From positions 15,015,208 to 15,079,207 of the forward strand of contig OU015568.1 of the NCBI GenBank assembly GCA_907165135.1: DNA of 64,000 nt. The letters run 5' to 3'. Positions 1 to 10,953 of the stretch are shown here, piece by piece (position 1 is the first letter of the stretch; each line of letters starts with the position of its first letter). Source of the DNA: Oikopleura dioica. Its lineage: Eukaryota > Animalia > Chordata. The notes below the pieces were generated by a model. That model did no database searches. It had not been told where the DNA came from and worked only from the letters and a program-made list of their open reading frames with translations. A program made the position numbers and the translations under genes.

Positions 1-1
1 T

Positions 2-2359
2 ATTTGCTTCGACTAACATGTACCCATTTGCGCGTTTGATGAAATTTATAAGTTTTGTATCGCCGCCAACGAAGTGATACAAAACTGACACCAATGTCGG
101 AAAGAGCACAACAATATCGTACCTCTCTCCAACCCAAGAATAGATTTTTAGCTTGAAAAAATCTTTCAAATATTTGAGCTTTTTTCGTAGACGCGCAGTG
201 TCGTGAATACTTGCTCCTTCTTTCTTGTTTTCGAATTCGATTTTTTCTTCGTAATGAGCAATACCGTCGACAATGCATTGTGGAATAGTGCGCGCCATGT
301 CTTGCTGTCTGCAGATCAAGTAATTTATAAACTCGGTAACCATCACTTCGCATGCTTCGTGTTCCATACCTCGGCGGACAAAGCATTGACGTTCACCTTT
401 ACTGGAATAAGTCGCTACCGATGTAAGACGATGAAACTTTACTCCCTCGGAATAGGGGCCATGCTGCATTAAACACTCAATATCAAAAGTGAGAAAGTAT
501 TCTTGAACATAATCAAAAGCCGGCAAAAATCCTTCTGCCACCAGTTCGTGTACATGATCCATAATTCCAGGCCCTTCTACAGTTTGACGAATAAAATCAA
601 TGGGTTCTGTTCGGCAAACACTCTCATGTTTTCGCATTTTTTGTTTATCAGAATGAGTAAACAAGCAGTTCTTTGTCTTGCACATCGCCAACTCTTTCAC
701 TTGTCGATCGGGGAGAATTCTAACAAGTGTTTCATCGTCGAATACATTTGGCGTCAAGCTCAACACATTACGAATAGGCTTATACTCCGCATACAAACTT
801 GCTTCGACACTAGAATCAGGTTCTAAAAATGGTGCATCGTCTTGTCGTTCTGCTGCCTCTTGCGCAGCATCATTTTCGTCGATCTCTGCTTCGTTCTCAT
901 TGTAATCATTGTTGTCATCACCAGCGCAACACTCATTATCCAGAAAAGGATTTCGATTAAAACTCTTTTCGGAAGTAGCATTTTCCGTCAATTTATCAAA
1001 ATCAAGAAACGAAACATCTGAGCTTTTTTCAGTATCTTGAGAATCAGTATCCATCGGTCGTGGAGCAAAACGTTCCATATCATGAATATCTTCGTGACAC
1101 GGTTCCGTTGCGTCGTGCAAATTGTGTTCCTCGTTTCCAGCCCACCGTAAAATTTGTGCCGCTTTCTTTTCAGTCATATATTGACTACAACGAGCGATGC
1201 GTCTCTGATAATCCATATTCGCCGAGTAAACAGGATAAATGCCTGGGTAATTTTCGAATTCGCGATATGAAATGTCCGTTAACTTTTTAAATTCGAGCGC
1301 AAACTCATCTTCTTGCATTGGGCCAACGAGTAAATTTAATATGATGCAATCAGGTGCACACTCTTTGGCGTAAATGCACGTTTTTAAATTTACATTGTCG
1401 TTAATAATTTTGCCAACAAATAAACGTATATTCACTTTATAACGCTGAGAGATTTTGTGCAAAACACCATCGGCAATAGTAAATTTTGTATTGAAAGCCA
1501 TTTCGCCAAAGAGCTCCTTTTTCATCTCAATTATTTTTTCCATACAAGCATTTTCGTTGTCGCAAATTGCTGGCCATTTTACACTTATGATTGCCCGCCA
1601 AAAACTCGTCCAGTTTTTCTGACGATCTTGAAATGTTCTGCGAGTTGGTAACAAGTGATAAGTTCCTAGGCGATAGAAGTATGGCCGTGCAGATTGAATA
1701 CAAATACACGGACGTACAGTCATAGGCGATGCATTTTCAAGACGAGTAATAATTTGTTGCACGTTTTCTCGTTCATCCATGGGCAAACGATGCGGCCGAT
1801 AACTAATTCCAAGAGGACTAAAAGCTCCTCCGTACAGTGCATAAATGTCGATTCCAAGTTTACGCTCCAATTTAGGCAGGACTGCGCGAGTAGGGCACGC
1901 CCCGAATTCTGCAACCAATTCTGCAGTGTCGACAGAGCTCAGTTGCTGACGTAACGCGCGGTTCATGGTAGTTGGCACTTTTGGGTAAATCGCTTTTAGA
2001 TGATTCCACCAATTTATACCCACAAGAATAACGTGGTAAATATTCGAGTGATTGCGTTCATCACAAGGATCTGCTGGCGAGTACTCAGGCTCATCATTTC
2101 CATCATCATCCTCCTCCTTAAAGATATTGCTACCTGTTTCTTCATCACTGCTGCAAACACTACTATCAAGGGGGTTTCTTTTTGGCTTAAAATTAGAAAC
2201 GCCCTCTTCGTCCTCGCTACTACTATTACGAATAACAATTGGATCTTTTGCGTTTTCTACAATCCGCTGATGGTTGGCATCAGATTGTAGATGTCTCCTT
2301 TTTTTTACGATTTCCTTCTTTGATAGACCTTTTGGCCTATTTGGCAAAAAACGTTTCAT
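2..2359 (-). CDS. Protein-primed DNA polymerase B (pPolB), N-terminal 786 codons; continues off the left edge
   Basis: Manual translation gives an uninterrupted frame from ATG 2359 (MKRFLPNRPK...) to the edge. It contains ExoI-like YFLTFDIECL, ExoII-like IYSWVGERYDIVVLF, then FIKRANGYMLVE, preceded by a C-x4-C...H...C motif (CKTKNCLFTHSDKQKMRKHESVC). It is missing from the ORF track because no stop lies inside the window. Confidence 0.9.
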   Translation of the reverse strand, partial: MKRFLPNRPKGLSKKEIVKKRRHLQSDANHQRIVENAKDPIVIRNSSSEDEEGVSNFKPKRNPLDSSVCSSDEETGSNIFKEEDDDGNDEPEYSPADPCDERNHSNIYHVILVGINWWNHLKAIYPKVPTTMNRALRQQLSSVDTAELVAEFGACPTRAVLPKLERKLGIDIYALYGGAFSPLGISYRPHRLPMDERENVQQIITRLENASPMTVRPCICIQSARPYFYRLGTYHLLPTRRTFQDRQKNWTSFWRAIISVKWPAICDNENACMEKIIEMKKELFGEMAFNTKFTIADGVLHKISQRYKVNIRLFVGKIINDNVNLKTCIYAKECAPDCIILNLLVGPMQEDEFALEFKKLTDISYREFENYPGIYPVYSANMDYQRRIARCSQYMTEKKAAQILRWAGNEEHNLHDATEPCHEDIHDMERFAPRPMDTDSQDTEKSSDVSFLDFDKLTENATSEKSFNRNPFLDNECCAGDDNNDYNENEAEIDENDAAQEAAERQDDAPFLEPDSSVEASLYAEYKPIRNVLSLTPNVFDDETLVRILPDRQVKELAMCKTKNCLFTHSDKQKMRKHESVCRTEPIDFIRQTVEGPGIMDHVHELVAEGFLPAFDYVQEYFLTFDIECLMQHGPYSEGVKFHRLTSVATYSSKGERQCFVRRGMEHEACEVMVTEFINYLICRQQDMARTIPQCIVDGIAHYEEKIEFENKKEGASIHDTARLRKKLKYLKDFFKLKIYSWVGERYDIVVLFPTLVSVLYHFVGGDTKLINFIKRANGYMLVEAN

Positions 2360-2504
2360 AAAAATTATAAAAAGTTACAACATTTATTTGAAACAGTTAT
2401 TTAAAGAGTCAGTACAGAGTTACCACTAACGCCGCCGAGTGTTTCTGTCCATATGCGCAGTGCGCCCCCCTTTGCTGTATTCTTGCCTTCTTGAGAGCGC
2501 TGTA

Positions 2505-4367
2505 TTAGTCCTGTCGGGGTCTCTTGACTCCAACTTGAACTTTTGATTCAACAGAACCAGAAATGTTTCCAACCGATACATCTGGCTTGGAAATACATCC
2601 AAGTACGGATTTTGAGACCACTGTGGCTTCTTAAAACTTTATAAGAATAAAGTAATTTACAAAAAGAATGTTACCGTTTCTTGACGCATCCAATATCAAA
2701 TTGTCCACTGGGAATTTCATCGCAAACGGGCACCAATTGTCCTCCAATCGATTTTTGAATGTTATTCGAACTTCAACAGTGCCCATCATATTCTGACGAT
2801 CACCAAAATACATCGGCACAAACCAGTTTTGTTCGCAAAACTGGAAGAAATCTAAACCCTCCCCTATTGACTTATTTGCATAACGACCATTATGCTGAAG
2901 AAAATTCAGATAATGATCTTGTGCGCTATTCCAAGGAGTACCATGAACATGTTGATTATCTACTAAAATTTCAAATTGTTGAATTTCAAAACCTGGTTCA
3001 AAAAGAGTTGTCCTTGTAATGCACCTATCATAAGAAGGCTCTTTACGACGTTCACTCATTCCCGTGAACATAATCATATCCGGAAAAAGGCCTCTTGAAA
3101 CCTCAATCACATAAGATGTATAACCTTTTGACCATGCTCCAACGCACAATCTCGGATTATAAAATGGTATTTTAGCTTGATGTTTACCAACGGAATACGG
3201 TTTTTCCTCTTTCTTGGGAGTGCAGAATACACTTTCAATCTGGACGTGCCTCAAGGTATCACTATCCAGTACAACTTCATTTCCTGTCTTCCTCCAGAAG
3301 CACGTATACTTGACATTGTCCTCCACTAAAGGTTCAAGTTTAGGGACCATGCGACATACCTTGTGAGCTCGCCATGTAGATTCTATTTTTGTTATATTCT
3401 TAGCCGAATCTGCTGCTCTCCCTCTGTAGTAAAGTTCGTGTTCCCTCGTTTTTGGGAGATAATCGCCGCCGATCCGTTCAATTGCAATAAACTCACCGCT
3501 TGTAAATTTTGATTTTTTACAGTCACAGTCATTCTGTGTCAAATGTTCCTTCCACTCTGGAATAAGCTGCAGATCCTTGGCGTAAGGATATTTCATTAAA
3601 TCCTCGTCCGGTTTATTATCCGCATCATACGAATAAAAATATTTTTCCAATGCGCGACATTTTTGATAGTCACCCCACTTCATTGTTGATCGCGCTCCAA
3701 CAGTTTCCTTTGTGTTGGTTAATTCAACTTCGAACTTGACTCTTGATCCAGATGGAAGCACTCGTGGTTGACGCGCCAAACCATGACTTATAGGAGCTCT
3801 TACCAAGTAACGATGATACAAAGTCTCATATGGAATCGTAGCTTGTGACGTTCCAATTGAACACTTGGTCGGCGAAGCAATCCAGTCCTCCAATGCGTAT
3901 TGTTGCCGATTTTCAACCAAGTTTTTATTGTTGTGTTTACACATTAACGTTAGCAATTGAGAAGCATCTGCATCGTAAGAATCAAAATGCCCTTCCGGAA
4001 ATAATTCAACTTCCTGAGCTTTTGGTGAATAATTTAATTTTTTAACAAAGTTGTTAAAAAACAAATATTCAAGCCCATCTGTCCACGTTTGAAAAATACA
4101 ATCATCCAATATGTAAAAATTGAATTTTTCAATAATCTTTGTAGAAAAGCCATTATCTGGAACGAAGTTGGAAGGCATGCTCATTTGAAATAGGATCATG
4201 CATCGATCAAGTTTAATTGGAAGTTTATCCGGAGGCATTGAGAACATAATTTTACTACCGGTATGGTTACCCACTGCCGACGTGTGTAGAATTTTGTACC
4301 CCGCATAAGGGTCCGAAGTTTTCTTTGATTTTTTCAAATAAAGTAGATTTCCGTAATTTTCATCCAT
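2505..4367 (-). CDS. Polinton double jelly-roll major capsid protein, ~605 aa (exons 4367-2675, 2629-2505)
   Basis: Motifs match the Polinton MCP pattern: FNNFVKKLNYSPKAQEVELFPEGHFD, PISHGLARQPRVLPSGSRVKFEVEL, GLFPDMIMF, FEILVDNQHV, GTVEVRITF...DNLILDASRN. A 45-nt GT-AG intron (2630-2674) adds a tail ending VKRPRQD. Confidence 0.85.
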
Positions 4368-4589
4368 ATTTCTAAAATACAAAATAAAAGTTAGTTTACC
4401 CTACAAACTTATTTCTTAAGAACATTGACAAAAATGGGCGGTAACGATTAAATTCCTTGACTAAAACACTTATATGAGCGTAGATGAGAGAGAAAATTAT
4501 TAATTGCGATAACAACAAAACAACAATCACAATACAAAAATAAAAGAGTTGTCTATCGACCGTATCAAAACAGTTGCACGACCTTCCCT

Positions 4590-4781
4590 CTAATAGCGGG
4601 CTCGTCGGCGCCGTCGTCGACGTCGACGTGGACGTCGTCGATGTCCTGCTCCTCTTGGTCGTCGAGTTTTCCTTCGCCGTCTGCGACGTTTCCGCGGTCG
4701 TTTGCGTAACGGTCGTTTTTTTGAAAAAAGATTTTGCAATCTGCTCAATCTTGGTTTTACAAGATATGAGCCAACTGCCAT
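4590..4781 (-). CDS. Arginine-rich protamine-like protein (63 aa), candidate virion core/DNA-condensing protein
   Basis: About half of the residues are R/K. Arg codons vary at position 3 (CGT/CGC/CGA/CGG/AGA/AGG), supporting this frame. It lies between the integrase and capsid genes, and TTTTAG directly precedes the ATG. Confidence 0.65.
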   Translation of the reverse strand: MAVGSYLVKPRLSRLQNLFSKKRPLRKRPRKRRRRRRKTRRPRGAGHRRRPRRRRRRRRRARY

Positions 4782-4822
4782 CTAAAATTAAGAAACTTTA
4801 AAATATACGCACATTTAAACTG

Positions 4823-6948
4823 TTATTGGTGGGAAAGTTCAGAAAACGGTATAACAAGGTTAAGTTCCGATTCGTAGTAACGCCGATCTAATCTTACGCC
4901 TTTAGAGTTAAGTATTGAAAATGTATAGACATAAGCCCCGTGATGAATTTGAGCGATTTGAAAAAGTTCTCGTGTCCACTTGGCAACCCCTCCTTTTTCA
5001 AATCGTTTTCGTTTTTTACGTGGAAGTCTTACGATATCTCCTACATGAAATTTGGTTTTTGTTTGGCGCTTATGGTTTCGTCGTTTACTCTCAAGGTATT
5101 GAAATAGTAGTCGTGCATTACCACGATGAACATCAGCAGGTTTCATATTTATCGCAGTGTGAACAGTATTATTAATGGCACTATTGACATCTTGTAAAAT
5201 CGGAACCCAACGTTTAACATTTCCTTGCGCTGTAAAAGCTCTTTCCAAACGCTCCTCCAACGTACGACTAAATAAAAGTTGAGTAAAAATAAAGTATTCA
5301 AAAATACTTACTTGAATCGTTCCACCATTGACGCTTTGTGAGGGCCCGTCATGTAAACACGTGTCATTCCCCATTCGAAAAGTAACTTTGAAACGGCTCC
5401 CTGAAATTCACCTCCCTGATCAGTACAAAAAAATGTATGACCAGGTAAGTCAAGAGTTTCGAAAATAGATCGCAAATTTTTTGCCGTTTCTGTTGAATCA
5501 TTAGTGATCATCTTACGCACAAAACTCTGCCGTGACAGAGCATCAACAACACACAAAATATACTTGTAATTATTATTAATCGGCCCATAATTTTTGTAAG
5601 CAACTATTGTATCTGCAAAAAGACTTGAATACAAATCCGGCGCAACTATAGGATTTCGAGTAAACCGAGTCCGAAGAGGTCGATGGAGTGAAATCGGTTC
5701 GTTCATGCGTTTAAACTTTTGTAAATCAAATCCGCTATAAAGTGTGGGCTGCGCTTTATTGTAAAATAAATCTATTGCAAATGGTGGGTTTTGTTGATTC
5801 TTACTGTTAATATCTTGACCAGAAGTTTGTTGCGGTATCGATGACTGGGGAGTCGCTGTCTGCGCTTGCGGATTGAGCGCCGGGCGAGGGGCTCCGAGAT
5901 ACGTCTCTATTTCGACGCCGTTTTCGGCCCCGTTTAGTTCGTTTAGCTGTGACAGGGGCTGGCTTTGGCTTGGGTTTAGGTACGGTAATGACGCTTCCAA
6001 CGGGGCCCTGAAAGCCCTCGCGTCGTCGTTTAAATTTGTGCGCCGGGTTCTCGACAATGACGGACTGTTCTCGGATGCGCTTTCGATTTCTTGTATTTTG
6101 TTTGCTAGGCTCGGCGAGCTGTTGGTCATAAGAATCGGCTGTTGATCCCTCATCGGTAAACGGTTCACCATCATCCGGCTGTTCACTAAATTCGGATTCG
6201 TGTTCGTTTGCCGGGGAAATCTGGTAACGATTAGCTCTTTTGGAAATTTTAGCTCGTTCGTTTGCGGATTTCTTGCCCCTATTAGCTGAGTTACGAATTG
6301 AATCCCGGAATTTTCGGAAATCATCGCTGGTGATAGTATAACCATCGGTTCCGGATCTTTTTGTCTTTTAAGTGGTCGCTGGTAACTCCTCGCATTTGAT
6401 TGACCTTCTTGCTTACTGTACTTGTCCACTGATCGAGTGTCCCTCCGCCTTTTTCTACTATTTGTCGATCGTCGGTTGTATTGAGCTGCGTCGTCGTTGG
6501 CACTTTCGGCATCGTCACTGTCGTTGTCTTCGTTGTTTTCATATTCGTCATCCGAGGCGACTTCGACGTCTCTGTAGTTTGCAACTTCGTCGTCGTAGTT
6601 GTCGACAAATTCGCTGCCGGTTTTGAGTTTCTTGCGTTGCGTGATTTCGCCTTCATCAGAGCTGCCTCTTTCTTCTTCCTCTGGGTCTCTTCCTTTTCTT
6701 TTTCTTGCCACTTTCTTTCCATTGCCGATAGGAATGGTTCTGTTGCATAGTCCCGCAACCAGCCTGGCTGTCCCCTCTTCCTCGGTATCATAATCTGGAT
6801 ACGGTTCTGCCTTCGTTTTCGGAGCCCTCACCCGTACTCTACTAGTCAAGGGATTAATCTCCCAAAATGAGCAAATATTTGACATTTGCGAAAGTGAAAA
6901 ATAACAGCCGCCATTTAAAGGAGCTTTACGCAAATCAATCGATTGCAT
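4823..6948 (-). CDS. Polinton retroviral-like DDE integrase with long N-terminal extension, ~693 aa (exons 6948-5312, 5267-4823)
   Basis: LHRPLRTRFTRNPI, LFADT, YILCVVDALSR and CTDQGGEF are present. Splicing the 44-nt intron 5268-5311 restores the canonical VERFNRTL. The C-terminus has FHVGDIVRL...W...F...YYESEL. Confidence 0.92.
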
Positions 6949-7200
6949 CTTTAATCAAATTATATATACCAAAGTAATTAATCATAATGCATAAAATATA
7001 AATTAAATTAAATTAAAACTTACCTTTTTTAATCTTCTGTTGTTTTTGTGAAAAGGTGTTTTTTCATCAATTTAAAAAGATTAACTAAAAGAAAAGGACT
7101 ACAGTAGCTGTTTTTATGCGCGGCTTACTAGCGCTCCAAGTGAGCTCAAGAATTTTGACTATAAATACGCCGTATTCGCTCGCCAAACCGCAAAATAGCA

Positions 7201-7608
7201 ATGCAGGCTCTTGAAGAGGAAGCAAAAAAAGAATTCACTGGATTGAAGCTTGAAGTAAAGTGCGTGACATCTTTTTCCCCTGAAAAGTACAATCTATTTG
7301 GAATTTTGCGACAGCACAAACTTGGCGACAAAAACTTTGTAGGCCAGGAACGGTTGGCGGATAATCACGAGATACAAATCGCATTCAGTCAGTTTCGCTG
7401 GAATTTGCAGGACACTGAGATCCGAGAGTATTTCCATTCGCCGACAGGACTTGCAAAAGACCTGAAAGATAAAACGATCGTCGTCTACGTGGACTCTTAT
7501 TCTCCACCGACAAACGCTGAACGAAAGAAGCCAGACTCTGTCTACGAAAGCGTTCCGAAAATCGAAGGAACCTACAACGGCCGATTCGTACGATGCATCA
7601 ACATTTAA
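7201..7608 (+). CDS. Polinton ORFan, 135 aa
   Basis: Clean ORF with TATAAATA at 7160-7167 upstream; overlaps the ATPase start by 16 nt. No family recognised. Confidence 0.6.
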   Translation: MQALEEEAKKEFTGLKLEVKCVTSFSPEKYNLFGILRQHKLGDKNFVGQERLADNHEIQIAFSQFRWNLQDTEIREYFHSPTGLAKDLKDKTIVVYVDSYSPPTNAERKKPDSVYESVPKIEGTYNGRFVRCINI

Positions 7609-8328
7609 CTAAATTTCTGCCCGATGTCCGGTTCAAGCACCCCTGTTCTCTTTTCATTGCTGGTTCAACCGGCACCGGTAAGTCTAACTTCATAAAAAAT
7701 TTAATTGAATGCGACGGGATAAAGGGAGGCATAGATGTTATTTACTACTTCATGCCCCGGCTTGAACCGATTCAAATTAGTCCGCTGCAAAATCAACAAT
7801 TATTTCTAATGGAAGGGCTCCCCACTCGTCAGTGGGTTGACGATACATTTAAAATCGGCTCCGAGATAAATAATCTTATAATTGTTGACGACCAATGGTC
7901 TGCATGTATTGAAAGCGATGTTGTTGAGTATTTACTAACATACGGTCGTAGGCATCTCGGGCTGAGCCTCATCTTCGTGGGGCAACATTTTTACGAAAAA
8001 TCTAAGAAAGCTATCACCCTCAGGTATTTATTAACATGTTGTTTTAAATTTAAAATGGTTAAAATCAAGAAATTGTATGACTGCCTTTGTGCTTATGCAG
8101 AATAATACCGACTGCGGTATTAATAAAACAGTTGCAACAAAGTGCGGGGAAGTCGAAGGTTACAATGCTGCAGTGAAATTATTCTCTCAAAGACGAATCC
8201 CCAACTATTTCTACGTAATAATCCTAAGGGACATTCAATACGCGGAACAACCGCGAGTAATGTCAAACTGCTTTGGAGAAGTACCTGGACTTGGTGGAGC
8301 ACCGTGGATATTTGGCCTGTCACAATAA
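7593..8328 (+). CDS. A32/FtsK-like genome packaging ATPase (exons 7593-8023, 8070-8328)
   Basis: DVRFKHPCSLFIAGSTGTGKS (Walker A), LIIVDD (Walker B) and GRRHLGLSLIFVGQ (RH/Q motif). A 46-nt intron (8024-8069) joins ...AITLR to NCMTAFVLMQN in frame. Confidence 0.92.
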
Positions 8329-8329
8329 A

Positions 8330-8391
8330 AATTTATTACACAACTGTAATTTATTACAAAACTGTAATTTATTACAAAACTGTAATTTATT
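8330..8391. repeat. 18-bp tandem repeat AATTTATTACAAAACTGT x3.5 between convergent genes
   Basis: Direct reading. Each junction forms the quasi-palindrome TGTAATTTATTACA and gives AATAAA on the minus strand. Confidence 0.85.
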
Positions 8392-8430
8392 TTATGACAT
8401 GAAACAGAAAAGAATAAAAAAAACAGCAAA

Positions 8431-9475
8431 TCACATAAATTGGCATGGTCCTTCTTTAGGAAGTCTTCGTTTCTTGCAGACATTTTGCCCAGGACAGCAG
8501 ATGCAACGTCTTTCAACCATGAAGGAGCGCAGTTTGAGATGAGAACAACGATGATCGAAAAGCGGCACCACTTCTCCTAAACACACATTAGAAATAAATT
8601 TTTTAAAATGACTTACGTTTTCGCTCAAGCGGTCGAAACCAATACTCTTTCAGCAAGTCTTCATATTCTCCGAAAATTTTTCCACATTCTGGCGCTCTGT
8701 ACAAGAACATTTCTGTGGAAATGTGTTGAAAATTAACCATCGAGTCAGTCATTTTAGAAATATTGTACTCATTTGCTGGAATATTGGAGAAGTCGAGAAT
8801 GGCTGCAATCTCCTTGTTGATTGCACTTGTACGTACAGTAGGATCGTCAATTGTTGAGAATCGGACATTTTTGAGCAAAAGTCCGCGAACCCAGCTTTGC
8901 GCATAAGCAATAAACAAGGCACGTTCACAAGCAAACGAAACCTCAAATAGATTCAGCCGTTGAAAAAAGTAGCGAAGGTTTGGATACTGAACGCATTGCA
9001 GAGTGCACTTTAGGGAATTTTTCTTCTCGTGAGTAGGTGTCCAGATAAATTCGCGGAAAACAGTGCCACCATTCATCCGCTTGAATCCAAAGTTAAAAGA
9101 CCCATTGCGCGTTTGTGCCTGCATGTATTCATGAAATGGAAACATCTTTTGCGAATCGTTCTGACTGCCGTGAAACACACAATTTGGACCTTCAGCGACT
9201 AAAACTCACCTAAGACAGCTAAACAAAAAGCAAGAAAACTTACCGTTGTCCTCAACCGTGCGAATAACTACAGAAGATGTTTTCTTGCCTGTCTCTTTAT
9301 CGACGGTTTCTTTGATGAAAAACGAAATTTTTGATTTGACATAATCAAAGGCGGAACAAGGATAAAGGTATAAAACTGGCTGCTCTTTTTTAAATGTATT
9401 ACGACAGGTTTGAACAAGCGGAAATGAATACGAATGCCTGTGTTGATCTCTTTCAATTTCAAAGATTTTTTTCAT
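8431..9475 (-). CDS. Polinton accessory protein, family A copy 1, ~319 aa (exons 9475-9244, 9198-8617, 8576-8431)
   Basis: GT-AG introns of 45 and 40 nt join three ORF pieces in frame. Paralogous to 9562-10716 (GPxCxFH, YPNL, RxLFxxYAQxWxRxxLxKNxRFxT). Confidence 0.75.
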
Positions 9476-9561
9476 CTTTTATTTTGATTTTAGAGAGCAG
9501 TGAGTTGACAGCGAAAATTTAACTGTTGATGCTATGAACTTGTGGCGTCGCTGAAGAGTCA

Positions 9562-10716
9562 CTAAATAAAAGTTTTAGAAATAAGAAAATTATAATGGCG
9601 CCACCGTGGAATCGTTACTGATCGAACAGGAGTGTAGCGGAATGGAGTGTTTACAACTTCGCCAGGAAGTCGAATTGGATTGTCTTGATTTCGGGCAGAA
9701 ATATCAAGATCCTTTACCTCCTTCAGTGGATTATAGAATCGGTTGAATAATGGCAATTGATCATCCGCGTTGTTTTCCAAGAAGAAAGGCTGAAACTACA
9801 AAAATAAATTTTATTTTGTTCGAGAAACTTTTCATCTTACACAAACGTAATTGTTTTTCCTTGCATGTTCCTCAAGCTTCTTCATGTAATTCACCAACGC
9901 TTTCTTGCTACCGAAGAAAGGCATTTCCTCGAAAATAGCACCGTAATACTTGTTGAAAACGTGTGAGCTCAATCGTCGAACTTTTTCATTAAAACCAACG
10001 TAAATGGCTCGACACGTGGCCAAATGATAAAGAAAAAGATCTTTTGGAGCCTTAAAAATATTGATTTCATCATCCGGCACTCCGATCGAACGTAGCACAT
10101 CATGAATATATGAATCGATCGCTTCGTGGTTGATCGCAAAGTTTGAAGTCCTGAATCGTGGGTTCTTTTCCAAGCGAGATCGTGCCCACAGTTGTGCGTA
10201 CAATACAAATAACACTCGGAATGGTAGCTCAGAATGATTGTGGGGCGCGAATTCTCGAAAAAGTTTTTTCAGATTCGGGTATTTGATTTTTTGATTACAA
10301 ATCGGTTGAGGGTCAATTGCACGATTGTACGTTATTTCTCGCACCGTCTCCTCCCAAAAGATATAATGTCGAAAACCCACATAAAGGGAGTCCCTATTGA
10401 TCTCTTCGTTGATTGTCATTCCGGCCAAATACGGAATATAAGCGTCTAAACGGCAGTTGTACATTGAATGAAAATCGCAGTACGGCCCTTGATCAAGTGT
10501 CTGTTCTTCTTGAGTAACTCGTACAGATTGCTCAAACTCTTTGGTTTCAGAATTGAAGACTGTCTCGACATGAAATTTGATTTTGACTCGGCGTCGGATT
10601 TTTCCACGGCATCTTACAATCTGCAAAATTCGATTTCCACGAGGAGGATAGCAAATCTCAAAAAAAGGAAAGGTGACCTCGCTAGTGTCAACAAAATCAA
10701 GCTCTTTAATCAACAT
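9562..10716 (-). CDS. Polinton accessory protein, family A copy 2, ~369 aa (exons 10716-9841, 9795-9562)
   Basis: Long ORF plus a 45-nt GT-AG intron (9796-9840). Shares motifs along its length with copy 1. Confidence 0.75.
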
Positions 10717-10953
10717 TTTACAAAGTAAGTGAAACTATTTTACGTTCAATCAAGACCCACTCGCCTCGGGGGCGCCGTCAAGTGACATGACGTTTAGTCA
10801 AGTTTTTCTAGAACACGGACGATGATCATTGTTGTTTTTGGCGCTCAATATTATCGCAAAAGAGGATGATAAATCTTGAATATTTTGGGACATGTATAAA
10901 AGGCGCGTTTGATGCTAGTTTAGTTAGATTTTTATAAATCCCGACAGGATAAA

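Noticed and set aside
4400-4781. Alternative frame giving a Thr/Ser-rich stalk plus a hydrophobic segment
   Set aside because: No start codon or upstream exon was found. The frame relies on invariant NCG codons, while variation sits at the wobble position of the Arg frame. Not fully excluded.
7588-7636. Possible intron fusing ORF 7201 to the ATPase
   Set aside because: It would delete DVRFK, part of the conserved DxRFKHP start motif of Polinton ATPases.
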